Source of the DNA: Lachnospiraceae bacterium UBA7109
Lineage (GTDB): Bacteria; Bacillota; Clostridia; Lachnospirales; Lachnospiraceae
Reading direction: 5' to 3'
DNA: 53,193 bases
Assembly: GCA_002492335.1 (NCBI GenBank)
Contig: DKYD01000104.1
Location: 27,749 to 80,941 of the forward strand
Shown here: positions 1-9,521 of the stretch, piece after piece
Layout: the number at the start of each line of letters is the position of its first letter
Position numbering within the stretch: the stretch's first letter is position 1
The notes under the pieces: generated by a model
The model's input: the letters and a program-made list of their open reading frames with translations, nothing else
Told to the model about the DNA's origin: nothing
Database searches by the model: none
Position numbers and translations under genes: made by a program

Positions 1-1335
1 TCCCACATCCGGAAGCACATGGAATAAAATCGCATGGCCCGCCTCATGAAATGCCGTAATCTTCTTTTCTTTATCAGAAATAACCCGACTCTTCTTCTCC
101 GCTCCAATGCCGACCTTTACAAACGCTTTCCTGACGTCTTCCTGTTTTAAAAACATCCGGTTTTCCTTTGCGGCAATAATTGCAGCTTCATTCAGAAGGT
201 TCTCAAGATCTGCCCCTGTAAATCCCGCCGTTGTCTGTGCGATCTGTTTTAAATCAATCTCTTCACTGAGCGGTTTGCCCTTTGCATGGACTTTGAGAAT
301 TTCTTCCCTCCCCTGAACATCCGGTCTTCCTACCATAACCTTTCTGTCAAATCGTCCCGGCCTTAAGATTGCAGGGTCAAGTATATCTACACGGTTTGTC
401 GCCGCCATGACAATAATCCCTTCATTGACTCCAAATCCATCCATCTCCACAAGAAGCTGGTTCAGGGTCTGCTCTCTCTCGTCATGTCCGCCGCCCATTC
501 CCGTACCTCTGCGTCTTGCCACAGCATCAATCTCATCAATAAATATAATACACGGTGCATTTTTCTTGGCGTCTTCAAACAAATCCCTCACACGGGAAGC
601 TCCTACGCCGACAAACATCTCCACGAAATCAGAGCCGGAAATCGTAAAGAACGGCACTCCTGCCTCACCTGCAACAGCTTTTGCAAGCAATGTTTTACCG
701 GTTCCCGGAGGTCCTACAAGAAGTACTCCTTTCGGAATTCTGGCGCCAACCTGTATATATTTCTTCGGCGTCTTCAGGAAATCCACAATTTCCTCCAGCT
801 CTTCTTTCTCTTCCTTCAGTCCTGCAACCCGTGCAAATGTAATCTTTTTATCTTCCTCCGTACTCAGACGCGCACGGCTCTTTCCAAAATTCATTGCTTT
901 GGCGTTCGCTCCGCCTCCCTGCCGGTTCATAAGGAAAAACAGCAAAAGGACACAGCCCACGGCAAGAAGCGACGGCATAACTGCTGTCAAAAACCAATTG
1001 TCTCCCGGCACATCAGACATCGTATATGCGACGTCGTTTTCCTTCAGATATTTCTGAACCTCATTTACATCGGAAACATACAAATATCTGGCGTCACCAC
1101 TTATACCCGCTTCTTCCTTCAGACGTACTTCCACCCGTCCGGTCGGAACCGCTTTATTCTGGCTTACCGTCACCTCCTCTACGTCATCTGTCTTCACCAG
1201 CTTTTCAAATGCCTGCCAGGTAATCTCATCCTCTCTCTGCTCAAACAGGTTCGTAAACCAGAATACCACAAATAAAACAATGATAAATATCAGCAGTGTT
1301 CCACCGCCAAATCCTCGGTTATGTTTTGTATTCAA
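1..1335 (-). CDS. ftsH: ATP-dependent zinc metalloprotease FtsH (3' end truncated by the window edge)
   Basis: My own minus-strand translation; it is absent from the ORF track because no stop lies in the window. TTG start at 1335 follows an AAAGGGG RBS. It has an N-terminal TM segment, Walker A GPPGTGKT, Walker [10 protein letters not shown] and the zinc motif HEAGHA at the window edge. It sits in conserved tilS-hpt-ftsH synteny. Confidence 0.95.
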   Translation of the reverse strand, partial: MNTKHNRGFGGGTLLIFIIVLFVVFWFTNLFEQREDEITWQAFEKLVKTDDVEEVTVSQNKAVPTGRVEVRLKEEAGISGDARYLYVSDVNEVQKYLKENDVAYTMSDVPGDNWFLTAVMPSLLAVGCVLLLFFLMNRQGGGANAKAMNFGKSRARLSTEEDKKITFARVAGLKEEKEELEEIVDFLKTPKKYIQVGARIPKGVLLVGPPGTGKTLLAKAVAGEAGVPFFTISGSDFVEMFVGVGASRVRDLFEDAKKNAPCIIFIDEIDAVARRRGTGMGGGHDEREQTLNQLLVEMDGFGVNEGIIVMAATNRVDILDPAILRPGRFDRKVMVGRPDVQGREEILKVHAKGKPLSEEIDLKQIAQTTAGFTGADLENLLNEAAIIAAKENRMFLKQEDVRKAFVKVGIGAEKKSRVISDKEKKITAFHEAGHAILFHVLPDVG

Positions 1336-1349
1336 TCTGCTGCCCCTTT

Positions 1350-1877
1350 CTATTCTACCCCTTCTACAATTCCAATGTATGGCAGATTTCTATATTTCTG
1401 TGCATAATCAAGTCCATACCCCACGACAAATTCATCCGGTATCTCAAAACCGGTATAGTCCACATCCACTTTTCTAACCCTTCTGTCAGGCTTATCAAGC
1501 AGCGTACACAATTTCATGCTTGCCGGATGCCTCTTTGCGAGAATCTCCAGAAGATAGGAAAGCGTTCTTCCGGAATCAATAATATCCTCCACTACAATGA
1601 CATGCTTCCCTTCCAGGGATTCATCCAGGTCTTTTGCAATCTTCACAACGCCGCTGGAGGACGTGCCGTCCCCATAGCTGCTCACACTCATAAAATCCAG
1701 TGATACCGGCACGGAAATACGCTTTGCAAGCTCACACATAAAAAACACTCCGCCCTTCAGTACACAGATTAAATGCACCTGCTTTCCTGCATAATCTTCA
1801 CTGATCTGTCTTCCCATCTCTTTAATTCTTGCTGCAACTTCTTCTTCACTGAACATAATTTTAATTGTCTCTGCCAT
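1350..1877 (-). CDS. hpt: hypoxanthine phosphoribosyltransferase
   Basis: Internal start [13 protein letters not shown] within the 227-aa ORF. PRPP-binding motif [14 protein letters not shown]. Lies between tilS and ftsH as in Bacillus and Clostridia. Confidence 0.93.
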   Translation of the reverse strand: MAETIKIMFSEEEVAARIKEMGRQISEDYAGKQVHLICVLKGGVFFMCELAKRISVPVSLDFMSVSSYGDGTSSSGVVKIAKDLDESLEGKHVIVVEDIIDSGRTLSYLLEILAKRHPASMKLCTLLDKPDRRVRKVDVDYTGFEIPDEFVVGYGLDYAQKYRNLPYIGIVEGVE

Positions 1878-3222
1878 AATTTTCTCCTTTGTATAATTGT
1901 ATTTCCAAAATTCTTTTGGTTCTTTCTGTAATCTGATACATCTGATTCTGACGACGCCCCACGATCCACATAACATGTGAGCCATCCGCCGCAAGCCATA
2001 TCGCATCACGCTCACTTTGCGGAATTTTCTCATTTATAAAATACTGCTTCAGCTTCTGCGTATTTCCGGCTTTATCTATCGTAATATAATCGCCAGGCTG
2101 CCTGTGCCTGATTTTTACAGTATTTTTAATTATATCATAATCAAACCATTTCGTGTAGGGATTTTCCGGAAATACTTCATTCTTTTCTCCACGTTCCATA
2201 ATTCGAAAGATAAATTCTCCCTCCTCCGGCATCGTTTCCTTTCCCTGTCCTTTATAAACTCTTAATCCTTCATAGCATCTGACAGCAGTGATATCATAAG
2301 GGAGCTGCACTCTCCTTCCAACCTGCTTTTCCAACAGGTCTTCCAGTAATTTAACATGGACCGCTTCAATATCTTTACTTCTCCCGGCTGTTTCACAGAT
2401 AATCTGATGCAGCACATACGGCTGAAGCGCAGCGGCGATCTGCCGGTATTTGTCTTCCTCAAGCGTGGTCTCCCCCGGCTTTCTATGCTCTGTACATATA
2501 TTCTTTGCACGCGCCGCCTCCTCCTCTATATATTCGCCAAGCGCCCGCATCCGTTCCGCTGTTTCCGCGATATGAGCCGTTGCCTGTTCATTCAGATTCT
2601 CTTCCAGATAAGGGATCACCTGATTGCGGATCTTATTTCTCGTATAAACATTTTCCAGATTTGTCTCATCCGTACAATAGGATATTCCCCAATTTTTCAG
2701 ATATGATTCAATTTCTGTACGTTTCACACACAAAAACGGATGAATCCACACCCCTGATACAGGCGCTATCCCTCCCAGGCCCTTCAGTCCGGTTCCCCTG
2801 CATAAATTCCATAAAAGTGTTTCTGCATTATCATTCAAATGATGCGCAAGCGCAATTTTGCTCCCGCCCTTTTCCTTAAACACCTGTTCAAATGCGGTTC
2901 TCCTCACCTGCCGCCCGGCTTCTTCTAACGTAAGTCCCTGTTCATTTGCAAATTTCCCTACGTCCTTGCGAAAAGTAACAAGCTCCACATGCTCCCGGCT
3001 GCACACTTCTCTTACATACGCTTCATCATGGTCTGCACTTTCACCGCGGAGGCCATGATGCACATGGACTGCCGTAAGCGTAAACGGAATCTCCTTCTGC
3101 AGCCTGAGAAGCACGAAAAGAAGGCATATGGAATCTGCGCCTCCTGATATGCCCGCAATCACGTTATCATCACCCGTAAGCATATGATATTTTGCAACAT
3201 ACGCTTTTACTTTTTGATACAT
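1861..3222 (-). CDS. tilS: tRNA(Ile)-lysidine synthase
   Basis: N-terminal PP-loop motif GISGGADS. 453 aa. Synteny with hpt and ftsH. Confidence 0.92.
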   Translation of the reverse strand: MYQKVKAYVAKYHMLTGDDNVIAGISGGADSICLLFVLLRLQKEIPFTLTAVHVHHGLRGESADHDEAYVREVCSREHVELVTFRKDVGKFANEQGLTLEEAGRQVRRTAFEQVFKEKGGSKIALAHHLNDNAETLLWNLCRGTGLKGLGGIAPVSGVWIHPFLCVKRTEIESYLKNWGISYCTDETNLENVYTRNKIRNQVIPYLEENLNEQATAHIAETAERMRALGEYIEEEAARAKNICTEHRKPGETTLEEDKYRQIAAALQPYVLHQIICETAGRSKDIEAVHVKLLEDLLEKQVGRRVQLPYDITAVRCYEGLRVYKGQGKETMPEEGEFIFRIMERGEKNEVFPENPYTKWFDYDIIKNTVKIRHRQPGDYITIDKAGNTQKLKQYFINEKIPQSERDAIWLAADGSHVMWIVGRRQNQMYQITERTKRILEIQLYKGENYGRDN

Positions 3223-3313
3223 TTATCCAATCCCTTGCTTCCGTATATTTTGATCATCTCTTTCCATTAAATATATATAAAATCCTTTCAAAAAGCAAGT
3301 CTTCCCATATTTT

Positions 3314-4747
3314 CTATAATTTCCACATCCCGATTACCAACACTGTCATATCATCAAGCGGCAGTTCACCGGAGCGTTCCAATACCTTTCCAAGAATGTA
3401 ATGTGCCAGTTCTCCCGGATTCTGCAGCTGTGTATCTTCTATCAATTTACTTATAAATTCCTCCTGTCCATCTACCGGAACTGCATCTGTCACCCCATCC
3501 GTCAGCATGATCACAAAATCCCCGGATTCCAACTGTTTCGTCACGGTCTCGACCTCTAAATCCTGAATAACGCCAATCGGGAGCGCCACTGAATGAATTT
3601 TCTCCACCTTTTTCCCCCGCTTAATATAAGTTGCCGCGGCGCCTGCCTTTACAAACTCGCATGTCCCATCGTATAAATCAAATAAGCTGACGTCAATCGT
3701 CGAAAAGCGGACGTCTTCCCGTCCGATCACCAACGCTGTATTCATAATCTGGACTGCTGTTTTCACCGGGAACCCGGCATTCAGAAGCTCCTCCAGAAGC
3801 TCTACCACCATAGCACTGTCCCGGAAAGCTTCTTCCCCGGAACCCATGCCATCAGAAAGCGCGACTCCCTTCTTCCCACCCGGCAGATTGGTCATAAGAA
3901 AGGTGTCTCCAGATATCGTATCACAATCCTTTCCAATCTTTGCAACGCCCTGCAGCGTATGGTATCTGGCCCCCTCCACGCAGGCCACCGTGCAATATTC
4001 GTCTCCGATCACCGGACGTTCCCCCTGCTGCGGTATCATCACCCTTCCTACAATATCACCCACCTCTGCCGCCAGCTCCTTCACCGGTATCACATGCCCC
4101 CTGGATGCTTTTATGGTAAGATGTATCTCATAGCGCCCCTGAGGTGTAATATAAAATACGGAGGACAGCATCCGTATCCCTGATTTTTTCAAATGAGTCT
4201 TTATTTTTTTCTCCAAATGATTATCTTCAAAAATCCCCGCATCCAGTTCCCTTGTTGTACACTGAATTGTCTTTGCAAAATAATCAAGCTGGCTCGCATA
4301 TCCTTCTCTGTTCTGAACCAGCTTGTTTGTCCACATCAGCTTTTGTTTTGCATTTTCATAGTTTTCCAGTGTTTCTCTCAAAAACCGCGGCGCCATCATA
4401 CATTGTTTCTGAAGATTCCTCTTCAACTCCACATTCAACTCCGCCCCATATTCCTCCGCAGCACTCAGAATATCATACATCATACGGTATGTATCCAGCC
4501 TTTTTTCCCCCAGGCAGCTCTCTTTCCTTTCACATCCTTCGCACACCTTCTCTGTCACTTTACGGAACATTGTTTCATTCTCTTCCTTCGTAAATGCAAC
4601 TCTGTAATCTGCAAGCCCTGCAAAAGTACTGGAAACAGACTTCAGCGACTCTGCCAGCTTGTCCATCTGTATAACATACGGATTCATAAATACCGTCTTT
4701 TCTTTTACATCCGGCATCTTAATACTCCCTTCTACACGTGTTCCCAT
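3314..4747 (-). CDS. spoIIE: SpoIIE-like PP2C serine phosphatase (central regulatory domain plus phosphatase domain, no N-terminal membrane domain)
   Basis: PP2C motifs (ALSDGMGSGEEA, MLTDGVTD). Sits where spoIIE lies in the Bacillus yabP-yabQ-divIC...spoIIE...tilS block. Only 477 aa and no hydrophobic N-terminus. Confidence 0.75.
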   Translation of the reverse strand: MGTRVEGSIKMPDVKEKTVFMNPYVIQMDKLAESLKSVSSTFAGLADYRVAFTKEENETMFRKVTEKVCEGCERKESCLGEKRLDTYRMMYDILSAAEEYGAELNVELKRNLQKQCMMAPRFLRETLENYENAKQKLMWTNKLVQNREGYASQLDYFAKTIQCTTRELDAGIFEDNHLEKKIKTHLKKSGIRMLSSVFYITPQGRYEIHLTIKASRGHVIPVKELAAEVGDIVGRVMIPQQGERPVIGDEYCTVACVEGARYHTLQGVAKIGKDCDTISGDTFLMTNLPGGKKGVALSDGMGSGEEAFRDSAMVVELLEELLNAGFPVKTAVQIMNTALVIGREDVRFSTIDVSLFDLYDGTCEFVKAGAAATYIKRGKKVEKIHSVALPIGVIQDLEVETVTKQLESGDFVIMLTDGVTDAVPVDGQEEFISKLIEDTQLQNPGELAHYILGKVLERSGELPLDDMTVLVIGMWKL

Positions 4748-4816
4748 TTACATGCACAAAAAGCTCCGGACATCATGTCCGAAGCTTTATCTCATGTATT
4801 TTCACATATTGCCTGG

Positions 4817-5149
4817 TTACTCAGCTTTAAAAATAATCTCGTTTTCATTCACCAGACCCAGTTTTTCTTTTGCCAGCTCTTCTACATACTCATCTGTATT
4901 AATATATTTTTCCAGATCATCAATCTCAGCGGTTCTCTGCTCTTCCTCTTCAATCCGCTGTTCAAGCTCTTCTATCTGCTCGCAGTACTCTTCATCCTTT
5001 GCGCGAAGCGTAATTCCATTCGCAGATACAACCGCCGCCAACAGGATAATCACTGCACTGACAGCAAGCATACTTCTTCTATGCTGGCTCGCCCGTCTCT
5101 TCTGACGAACAGACCGTCTTCTCCTATTTTTCCTATTCATTCTACTCAC
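4817..5149 (-). CDS. divIC: septum formation initiator family protein (FtsB/DivIC-like)
   Basis: Basic N-terminus, a single TM (MLAVSAVIILLAAVV), an acidic coiled coil, and position after yabQ. Confidence 0.7.
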   Translation of the reverse strand: MSRMNRKNRRRRSVRQKRRASQHRRSMLAVSAVIILLAAVVSANGITLRAKDEEYCEQIEELEQRIEEEEQRTAEIDDLEKYINTDEYVEELAKEKLGLVNENEIIFKAE

Positions 5150-5214
5150 CCTTATAATCTCCCAACAGTAATTTAATATTACCCTTTTTCTTTCGGGTGC
5201 GCAATAGGTTTCTT

Positions 5215-5532
5215 TTATTTTTTGTTATTTTTATGTAGAAATTTTTCTTGTATTTTTTGCATTTTTCGCAGTAACAAAGTTGCCAGAAATACTCCTGCTA
5301 CAATACCTAGTACAAAATACCAGCGTATACTACCATTACTGGTTTGGTAAATCTGCACAAAGAAATAAAAAGCAATTCCAAGCCAGAACAAAACATCCTC
5401 AATACCTGTTACAATAAGGCTGTGCTTGAAAATTTCCCGGACACATTCCAGACACCGGTAGATCAGACGCGCGTTCATTCCGGAAATCACCGCTACCACA
5501 AATGTAATGAATTCCTTCTCTATTCCCGGCAT
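5215..5532 (-). CDS. yabQ: spore cortex biosynthesis protein YabQ
   Basis: Small protein with 3-4 TM helices immediately downstream of yabP (4-nt gap); conserved pairing. Confidence 0.75.
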   Translation of the reverse strand: MPGIEKEFITFVVAVISGMNARLIYRCLECVREIFKHSLIVTGIEDVLFWLGIAFYFFVQIYQTSNGSIRWYFVLGIVAGVFLATLLLRKMQKIQEKFLHKNNKK

Positions 5533-5535
5533 ATA

Positions 5536-5829
5536 TCACCTGAACAATTTGGAAAACAGATTCTCACCCTGCTTTGCCACAGTATGAACTTCCGAATAAG
5601 CAATGCTGTCTATATTTCCTGCCAGATCAACTTCTCCTTTTTCAAGACTCAGACGATTCACATGCAGGTCAGTCCCCTTCACCATCAGCATCCCCTGCTC
5701 CGTCTCCAGCAATATTTCATTCAAATCAAACGAAAGTACGTCAAGCACCCCCGTCACCATACTTGTTTTCCGGTTATTTATAACAAGCTTATGCCCTTTT
5801 TGTACCGTTCTTTCTTCCATAAATCTCAC
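5536..5829 (-). CDS. yabP: sporulation protein YabP
   Basis: 97 aa with a YabP-type sequence (VINNRKTSMVTGVLDVLSFD...LLETEQG.L.VKG.DLHV..L). Synteny supports it. Confidence 0.85.
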   Translation of the reverse strand: MRFMEERTVQKGHKLVINNRKTSMVTGVLDVLSFDLNEILLETEQGMLMVKGTDLHVNRLSLEKGEVDLAGNIDSIAYSEVHTVAKQGENLFSKLFR

Positions 5830-5869
5830 AACCTTTCTTAGTAATCATATGAAAGGTTGTTCCCTTTTA

Positions 5870-6109
5870 TTACAAATATCTGAACAAGTCTTTTGCTTCT
5901 TCCTTCTTTGTTGTTTCCTGAATATCAAGGACTTCTGCTTTCACCGTTTTTAATCCGAATTGTATCTCGATAATATCGCCCGGTTTCACCTTTACAGACG
6001 CCTTTGCAGTTTTCCCGTTCACAAGTACTCTTCCTGCGTCGCATGCTTCATTGGCAACCGTCCTGCGCTTAATCAAACGGGATACCTTCAAAAATTTATC
6101 CAGTCTCAT
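5870..6109 (-). CDS. yabO: S4-domain RNA-binding protein (YabO/Hsp15-like)
   Basis: MRLDKFLKVSRLIKRRT is an S4 motif. ATG at 6109 is preceded by a GGGAGG RBS. The track's TTG at 6124 is less likely. Confidence 0.8.
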   Translation of the reverse strand: MRLDKFLKVSRLIKRRTVANEACDAGRVLVNGKTAKASVKVKPGDIIEIQFGLKTVKAEVLDIQETTKKEEAKDLFRYL

Positions 6110-6121
6110 AATTCCTCCCAC

Positions 6122-6154
6122 CAAAAAAGACGGAGACCGTTACAACTCTCCGCC
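6122..6154 (-). terminator. rho-independent terminator downstream of hup
   Basis: Minus-strand GCGGAGA-N10-TCTCCGT hairpin followed by CTTTTTT. Confidence 0.6.
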
Positions 6155-6179
6155 TTTAAAATATATCCATCTATACTTC

Positions 6180-6455
6180 TTACTTATTAACAGCATCCTT
6201 TAATGCCTTACCAGCTTTGAATTTCGGTGCCTTACAAGCTGCAATCTTCATTGTCTTTCCTGTCTGTGGGTTTCTGCCCTCTCTTGCAGCTCTTTCAGAC
6301 GTTTCAAAAGTGCCAAATCCGACTAACTGAATCTTGTTTCCTTTCTTTAATTCTTCTGTAACTACATCAACAAAAGCTTTTAATGCTTTTTCAGAATCCT
6401 TTTTAGACAATTCAGCCTGGCTGGCAACAGCTGCAATTAACTCTGTTCTGTTCAT
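6180..6455 (-). CDS. hup: DNA-binding protein HU
   Basis: 91 aa: MNRTELIAAVA...GFGTFETSERAAREGRNPQTG...KAPKFKAGKALKDAV, a canonical HU sequence. Confidence 0.95.
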   Translation of the reverse strand: MNRTELIAAVASQAELSKKDSEKALKAFVDVVTEELKKGNKIQLVGFGTFETSERAAREGRNPQTGKTMKIAACKAPKFKAGKALKDAVNK

Positions 6456-6608
6456 GGATATTTTTCCTCCTCTTGTTTAAATCTCTGGGCAAATCGCCTC
6501 TAATTATTGTTATACCTGTTTTCGCTGTGTTTGTCAAGGCAATTTGCTACTTTTGCCCATATATGAAAGGAAAAAGTGTATTCATTCTGGCACACCCATC
6601 CGCTGCAG

Positions 6609-7622
6609 CTAAACAGTTACAAAAACATTCTTGAGAAATCTCTCTTTTTCCTCTGTCTGGCGAACTGCCATGTTCATCTTTTCTATATTCTTCACCGATA
6701 TCCACGCTTTATTCGAACGATAATAAGAATCCGCAATTTTCCAGAATTTTTCCGGATAAGTAAGACGAAGCTTCAGGTATTCTATTTCCTTTTTATTTAA
6801 CGGTTTTATCGCAGAATATGCATTCATAATACTATCCCCCAGCCTTTCTCTCCAGCCGTGCTTTTCCATCACTTTTCTCAGAAAATAATACAAATCCTCT
6901 GTCTGCACCCCTTTTTTCATTCTGTCAAAATTAACTGTCATCATTTCAGGCGGAGCAGAGGCCTGTGTAATCAACAGATTGTGGTAATTGTATTCTCCAT
7001 GTATAATATGCGATTCCCGGATGCTTTCCTGATACAGTTCATCATAATCAGACTCTTCCAGCATACTCAATGCAGTATCCGCCAGGTAATACATTTTATC
7101 AAAATATTTCAAAAACACAAATTCAAATTCTCCCTTCGGAGAAACCCCTCTTATAAACTTCCGCACCTTTTTAAGCTCACGATTATGACGCATATACTCT
7201 TCTTTTAAATGCATGACAGTCGGCACATGATTCTCCATTTCTTTTCTCATCAGAATATGTAGCTTTGCAAGATTTCCGGCCGCCTTCAAGAGTTCCGCTG
7301 TGTTGTGCACATTGCATTCCCGGCCATAGGACCACTGCCTGAGCAGATATTTATCCCCGGTCTGCGAAAGGCTTACGTATTCTCCTTCCCGGTTTTTTAT
7401 CGGATAATCTGCCTTCACATACCCCTGGCCAGCAAGATATTCGTATAACTCAAAAAGTGCGGGAAGCTTCGCCGATGAAACAGCCACCTCTTTTAATATT
7501 AATAATCCTTTATCCGTATCGCATAAAATAGCACCCCTTGTTTTACGGGTGCTGTCTGCCACAATATCGTATTGCTCCAATACGCTGTCTCGCTCATATT
7601 CCTGCATAACTCTCCCCTGCAC
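6609..7622 (-). CDS. CotS-family spore coat protein / phosphotransferase-fold kinase-like protein
   Basis: 337 aa with a kinase-like catalytic region (IIHGEYNYHNLL) typical of the CotS/aminoglycoside-phosphotransferase-like family. Start is uncertain (GTG 7622 or ATG 7607). Confidence 0.7.
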   Translation of the reverse strand: MQGRVMQEYERDSVLEQYDIVADSTRKTRGAILCDTDKGLLILKEVAVSSAKLPALFELYEYLAGQGYVKADYPIKNREGEYVSLSQTGDKYLLRQWSYGRECNVHNTAELLKAAGNLAKLHILMRKEMENHVPTVMHLKEEYMRHNRELKKVRKFIRGVSPKGEFEFVFLKYFDKMYYLADTALSMLEESDYDELYQESIRESHIIHGEYNYHNLLITQASAPPEMMTVNFDRMKKGVQTEDLYYFLRKVMEKHGWRERLGDSIMNAYSAIKPLNKKEIEYLKLRLTYPEKFWKIADSYYRSNKAWISVKNIEKMNMAVRQTEEKERFLKNVFVTV

Positions 7623-7680
7623 TTCACATTACATATTCTCTCTATCGTATGTGAAAAAAAACAGAAATAGACCTGAAACC

Positions 7681-7713
7681 AAAAAATAAAGAATGTGCCT
7701 TAGCACATTCTTT
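7681..7713 (-). terminator. rho-independent terminator downstream of proS
   Basis: Minus strand: AAAGAATGTGC-taag-GCACATTCTTT followed by ATTTTTT. Confidence 0.7.
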
Positions 7714-7743
7714 CATCCGAACCTGAAACAGGTTCACTCATTA

Positions 7744-9186
7744 TTAATAAGATTTTCCCCAGTATGCCATATGTTTTGCGGGTTTCTTACACCAGATACA
7801 TTCATCTGAGATCATTTCTTCGTCTTCAATCAGACATCTTGTAGAAGCTCCGCCCGTGACCGCCTTTACCTCTGCCTCGCAGTCCGGATCTCCACACCAG
7901 CACGCCTTTACAAATCCACGGTTTTCCTTGAACTTCTCTACCATCTCATCCATATCAACCGCCGTATCAATATGTGCCTGCAGGAATTCTTCTGCCCTGT
8001 CGTACATATCCTTCTGAATGGTTTCCAGAATGCCCTTAAGCTTCTGTACGATTTCATCTATGGAAACAACCATCTTCTCACGTGTATCGCGCCGTACAAC
8101 GACAACCTGATGGTTTTCAATGTCTTTCGGTCCGATCTCAATACGGGTCGGGATTCCAAGAATCTCCTGCTCAGAGAATTTCCATCCCGGACTCTTATCA
8201 GAATCATCGATTTTCACTCTGTAGCCCGCTTTCTTAAGCTCCTCAAAGAGAGTATAAGCAGCATCCAGCACACCTTCCTTATGCTGTGCAATCGGAATAA
8301 TCCGACACTCCACAGGCGCTACGCGCGGCGGAAGCACAAGGCCGTCATCGTCTCCGTGAACCATGATAAGACCGCCAATACTTCTTGTAGACAATCCCCA
8401 GGAGGTTTCATAAACACTCTTTAACTGATTGTCTTTATCAATATATTTAATATCAAAAGCATCCGGGAAGCCACTGCCAAAGAAATGGCTGGTTGCCGCC
8501 TGAAGCGCTTTTCCATCATGCATCAGCGCCTCAACCGTATAAGTATCCTGCGCTCCGGCAAACTTCTCATTCTCCGCTTTTCTTCCGGATACGAAAGGCA
8601 TTGCCAACGTTTCTTTATAAAAATCTCTGTATATCTGAGCCATCATCTTCGTGCGTTCTTCTGCTTCCTCATAGGTTGCATGAATGGTGTGTCCCTCCTG
8701 CCACAGAAATTCTCTGGAACGAAGGAACGGTCTTGTCGTCTTCTCCCAGCGGAGTACCGAACACCACTGATTCCATACCTTTGGCAAATCCCTGTAAGAC
8801 TGCACTGTTCTTGACCACAAATCACAGAACAACGTCTCGGAGGTCGGTCTGATACAGAATCTTTCCTGCAGTTTTTCCATCCCCCCGTGCGTTACCCATG
8901 CTACCTCCGGGGCAAATCCCTCAATATGATCCTTCTCTTTCTGCAGCAGATTCTCCGGAATCAATTCCGGGAGATATACATTTTCAACGCCTGTTTCCTT
9001 GAATCTTCTGTCCAGATCTGCCTGAATCAGTTCCCAGATCGCGTAGCCGTTCGGCAGATAATTGAGACATCCCTTTACACTTGAATAATCACACAGCTGT
9101 GCCTCACGGACAACATCCGTATACCACTGTGCAAAATCTTCTTCTCTTGAAGTAATGTTTTTTACTAATTTCTTTTCCTTTGCCAT
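7744..9186 (-). CDS. proS: proline--tRNA ligase (archaeal/eukaryote-like short type)
   Basis: The N-terminus (ITSREEDFAQWYTDVV...) and class II aaRS motifs point to ProRS. The C-terminal ...AYWGKSY is characteristic of this ProRS type. ATG 9186 is preceded by GGAGAG at 7-nt spacing. Confidence 0.93.
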   Translation of the reverse strand: MAKEKKLVKNITSREEDFAQWYTDVVREAQLCDYSSVKGCLNYLPNGYAIWELIQADLDRRFKETGVENVYLPELIPENLLQKEKDHIEGFAPEVAWVTHGGMEKLQERFCIRPTSETLFCDLWSRTVQSYRDLPKVWNQWCSVLRWEKTTRPFLRSREFLWQEGHTIHATYEEAEERTKMMAQIYRDFYKETLAMPFVSGRKAENEKFAGAQDTYTVEALMHDGKALQAATSHFFGSGFPDAFDIKYIDKDNQLKSVYETSWGLSTRSIGGLIMVHGDDDGLVLPPRVAPVECRIIPIAQHKEGVLDAAYTLFEELKKAGYRVKIDDSDKSPGWKFSEQEILGIPTRIEIGPKDIENHQVVVVRRDTREKMVVSIDEIVQKLKGILETIQKDMYDRAEEFLQAHIDTAVDMDEMVEKFKENRGFVKACWCGDPDCEAEVKAVTGGASTRCLIEDEEMISDECIWCKKPAKHMAYWGKSY

Positions 9187-9275
9187 TGATTTTCTCTCCA
9201 TCATTTACGATTAAATTCGAATCTTTCCCACATTTCTGCAATTATTCGTAATTTTAATCTATAGGAAAATGTTTG

Positions 9276-9315
9276 TCAAGACAAAGCGGGAAATTCCTCC
9301 CGGAGATTCCCCGCT
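9276..9315 (-). promoter_or_regulatory. terminator-like hairpin inside the ~245-nt proS leader (possible attenuator)
   Basis: Minus-strand AGCGGGGAAT...ATTTCCCGCT stem (one mismatch) followed by TTTGTCTT. It lies between a TGTTATAAT -10 element (9438-9446) and the proS start. Confidence 0.35.
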
Positions 9316-9437
9316 CTTTCCAAATGACATTTCCAGACTTATCCTGATATACCCAGATATTTTTCGACATCTTTCGACATTTTAAGGAAAAGAATTTTCC
9401 CATGATATGCTCGTTCTGCCCTACACCAATTAAATTA

Positions 9438-9446
9438 ATTATAACA
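9438..9446 (-). promoter_or_regulatory. extended -10 promoter element (TGTTATAAT) for proS
   Basis: Read directly on the minus strand in the divergent intergenic region. Confidence 0.4.
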
Positions 9447-9521
9447 TAATTTTTCCGGGTTGCATATTTTTCTGCGTCGTGGTTAAATGATAGATAAGAT
9501 TTAAAACTCAGGAGAAAAGCT

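Noticed and set aside
407-1275. Plus-strand ORFs of 216 and 263 aa (and smaller ones) at the left edge.
   Set aside because: They are antisense shadows of ftsH. The minus strand encodes an unbroken FtsH with all canonical motifs, while the plus-strand products are low-complexity S/P/R-rich sequences with no RBS.
1878-2033. N-terminal 52-aa extension of the hpt ORF, and similar extensions of the sbcD-like (49829-49930), acyltransferase (32677-32757) and spoVG (23188-23211) ORFs.
   Set aside because: The extensions overlap the upstream gene, lack RBSs and have non-protein-like composition. Internal ATGs with good RBSs give products starting at the conserved family N-termini.
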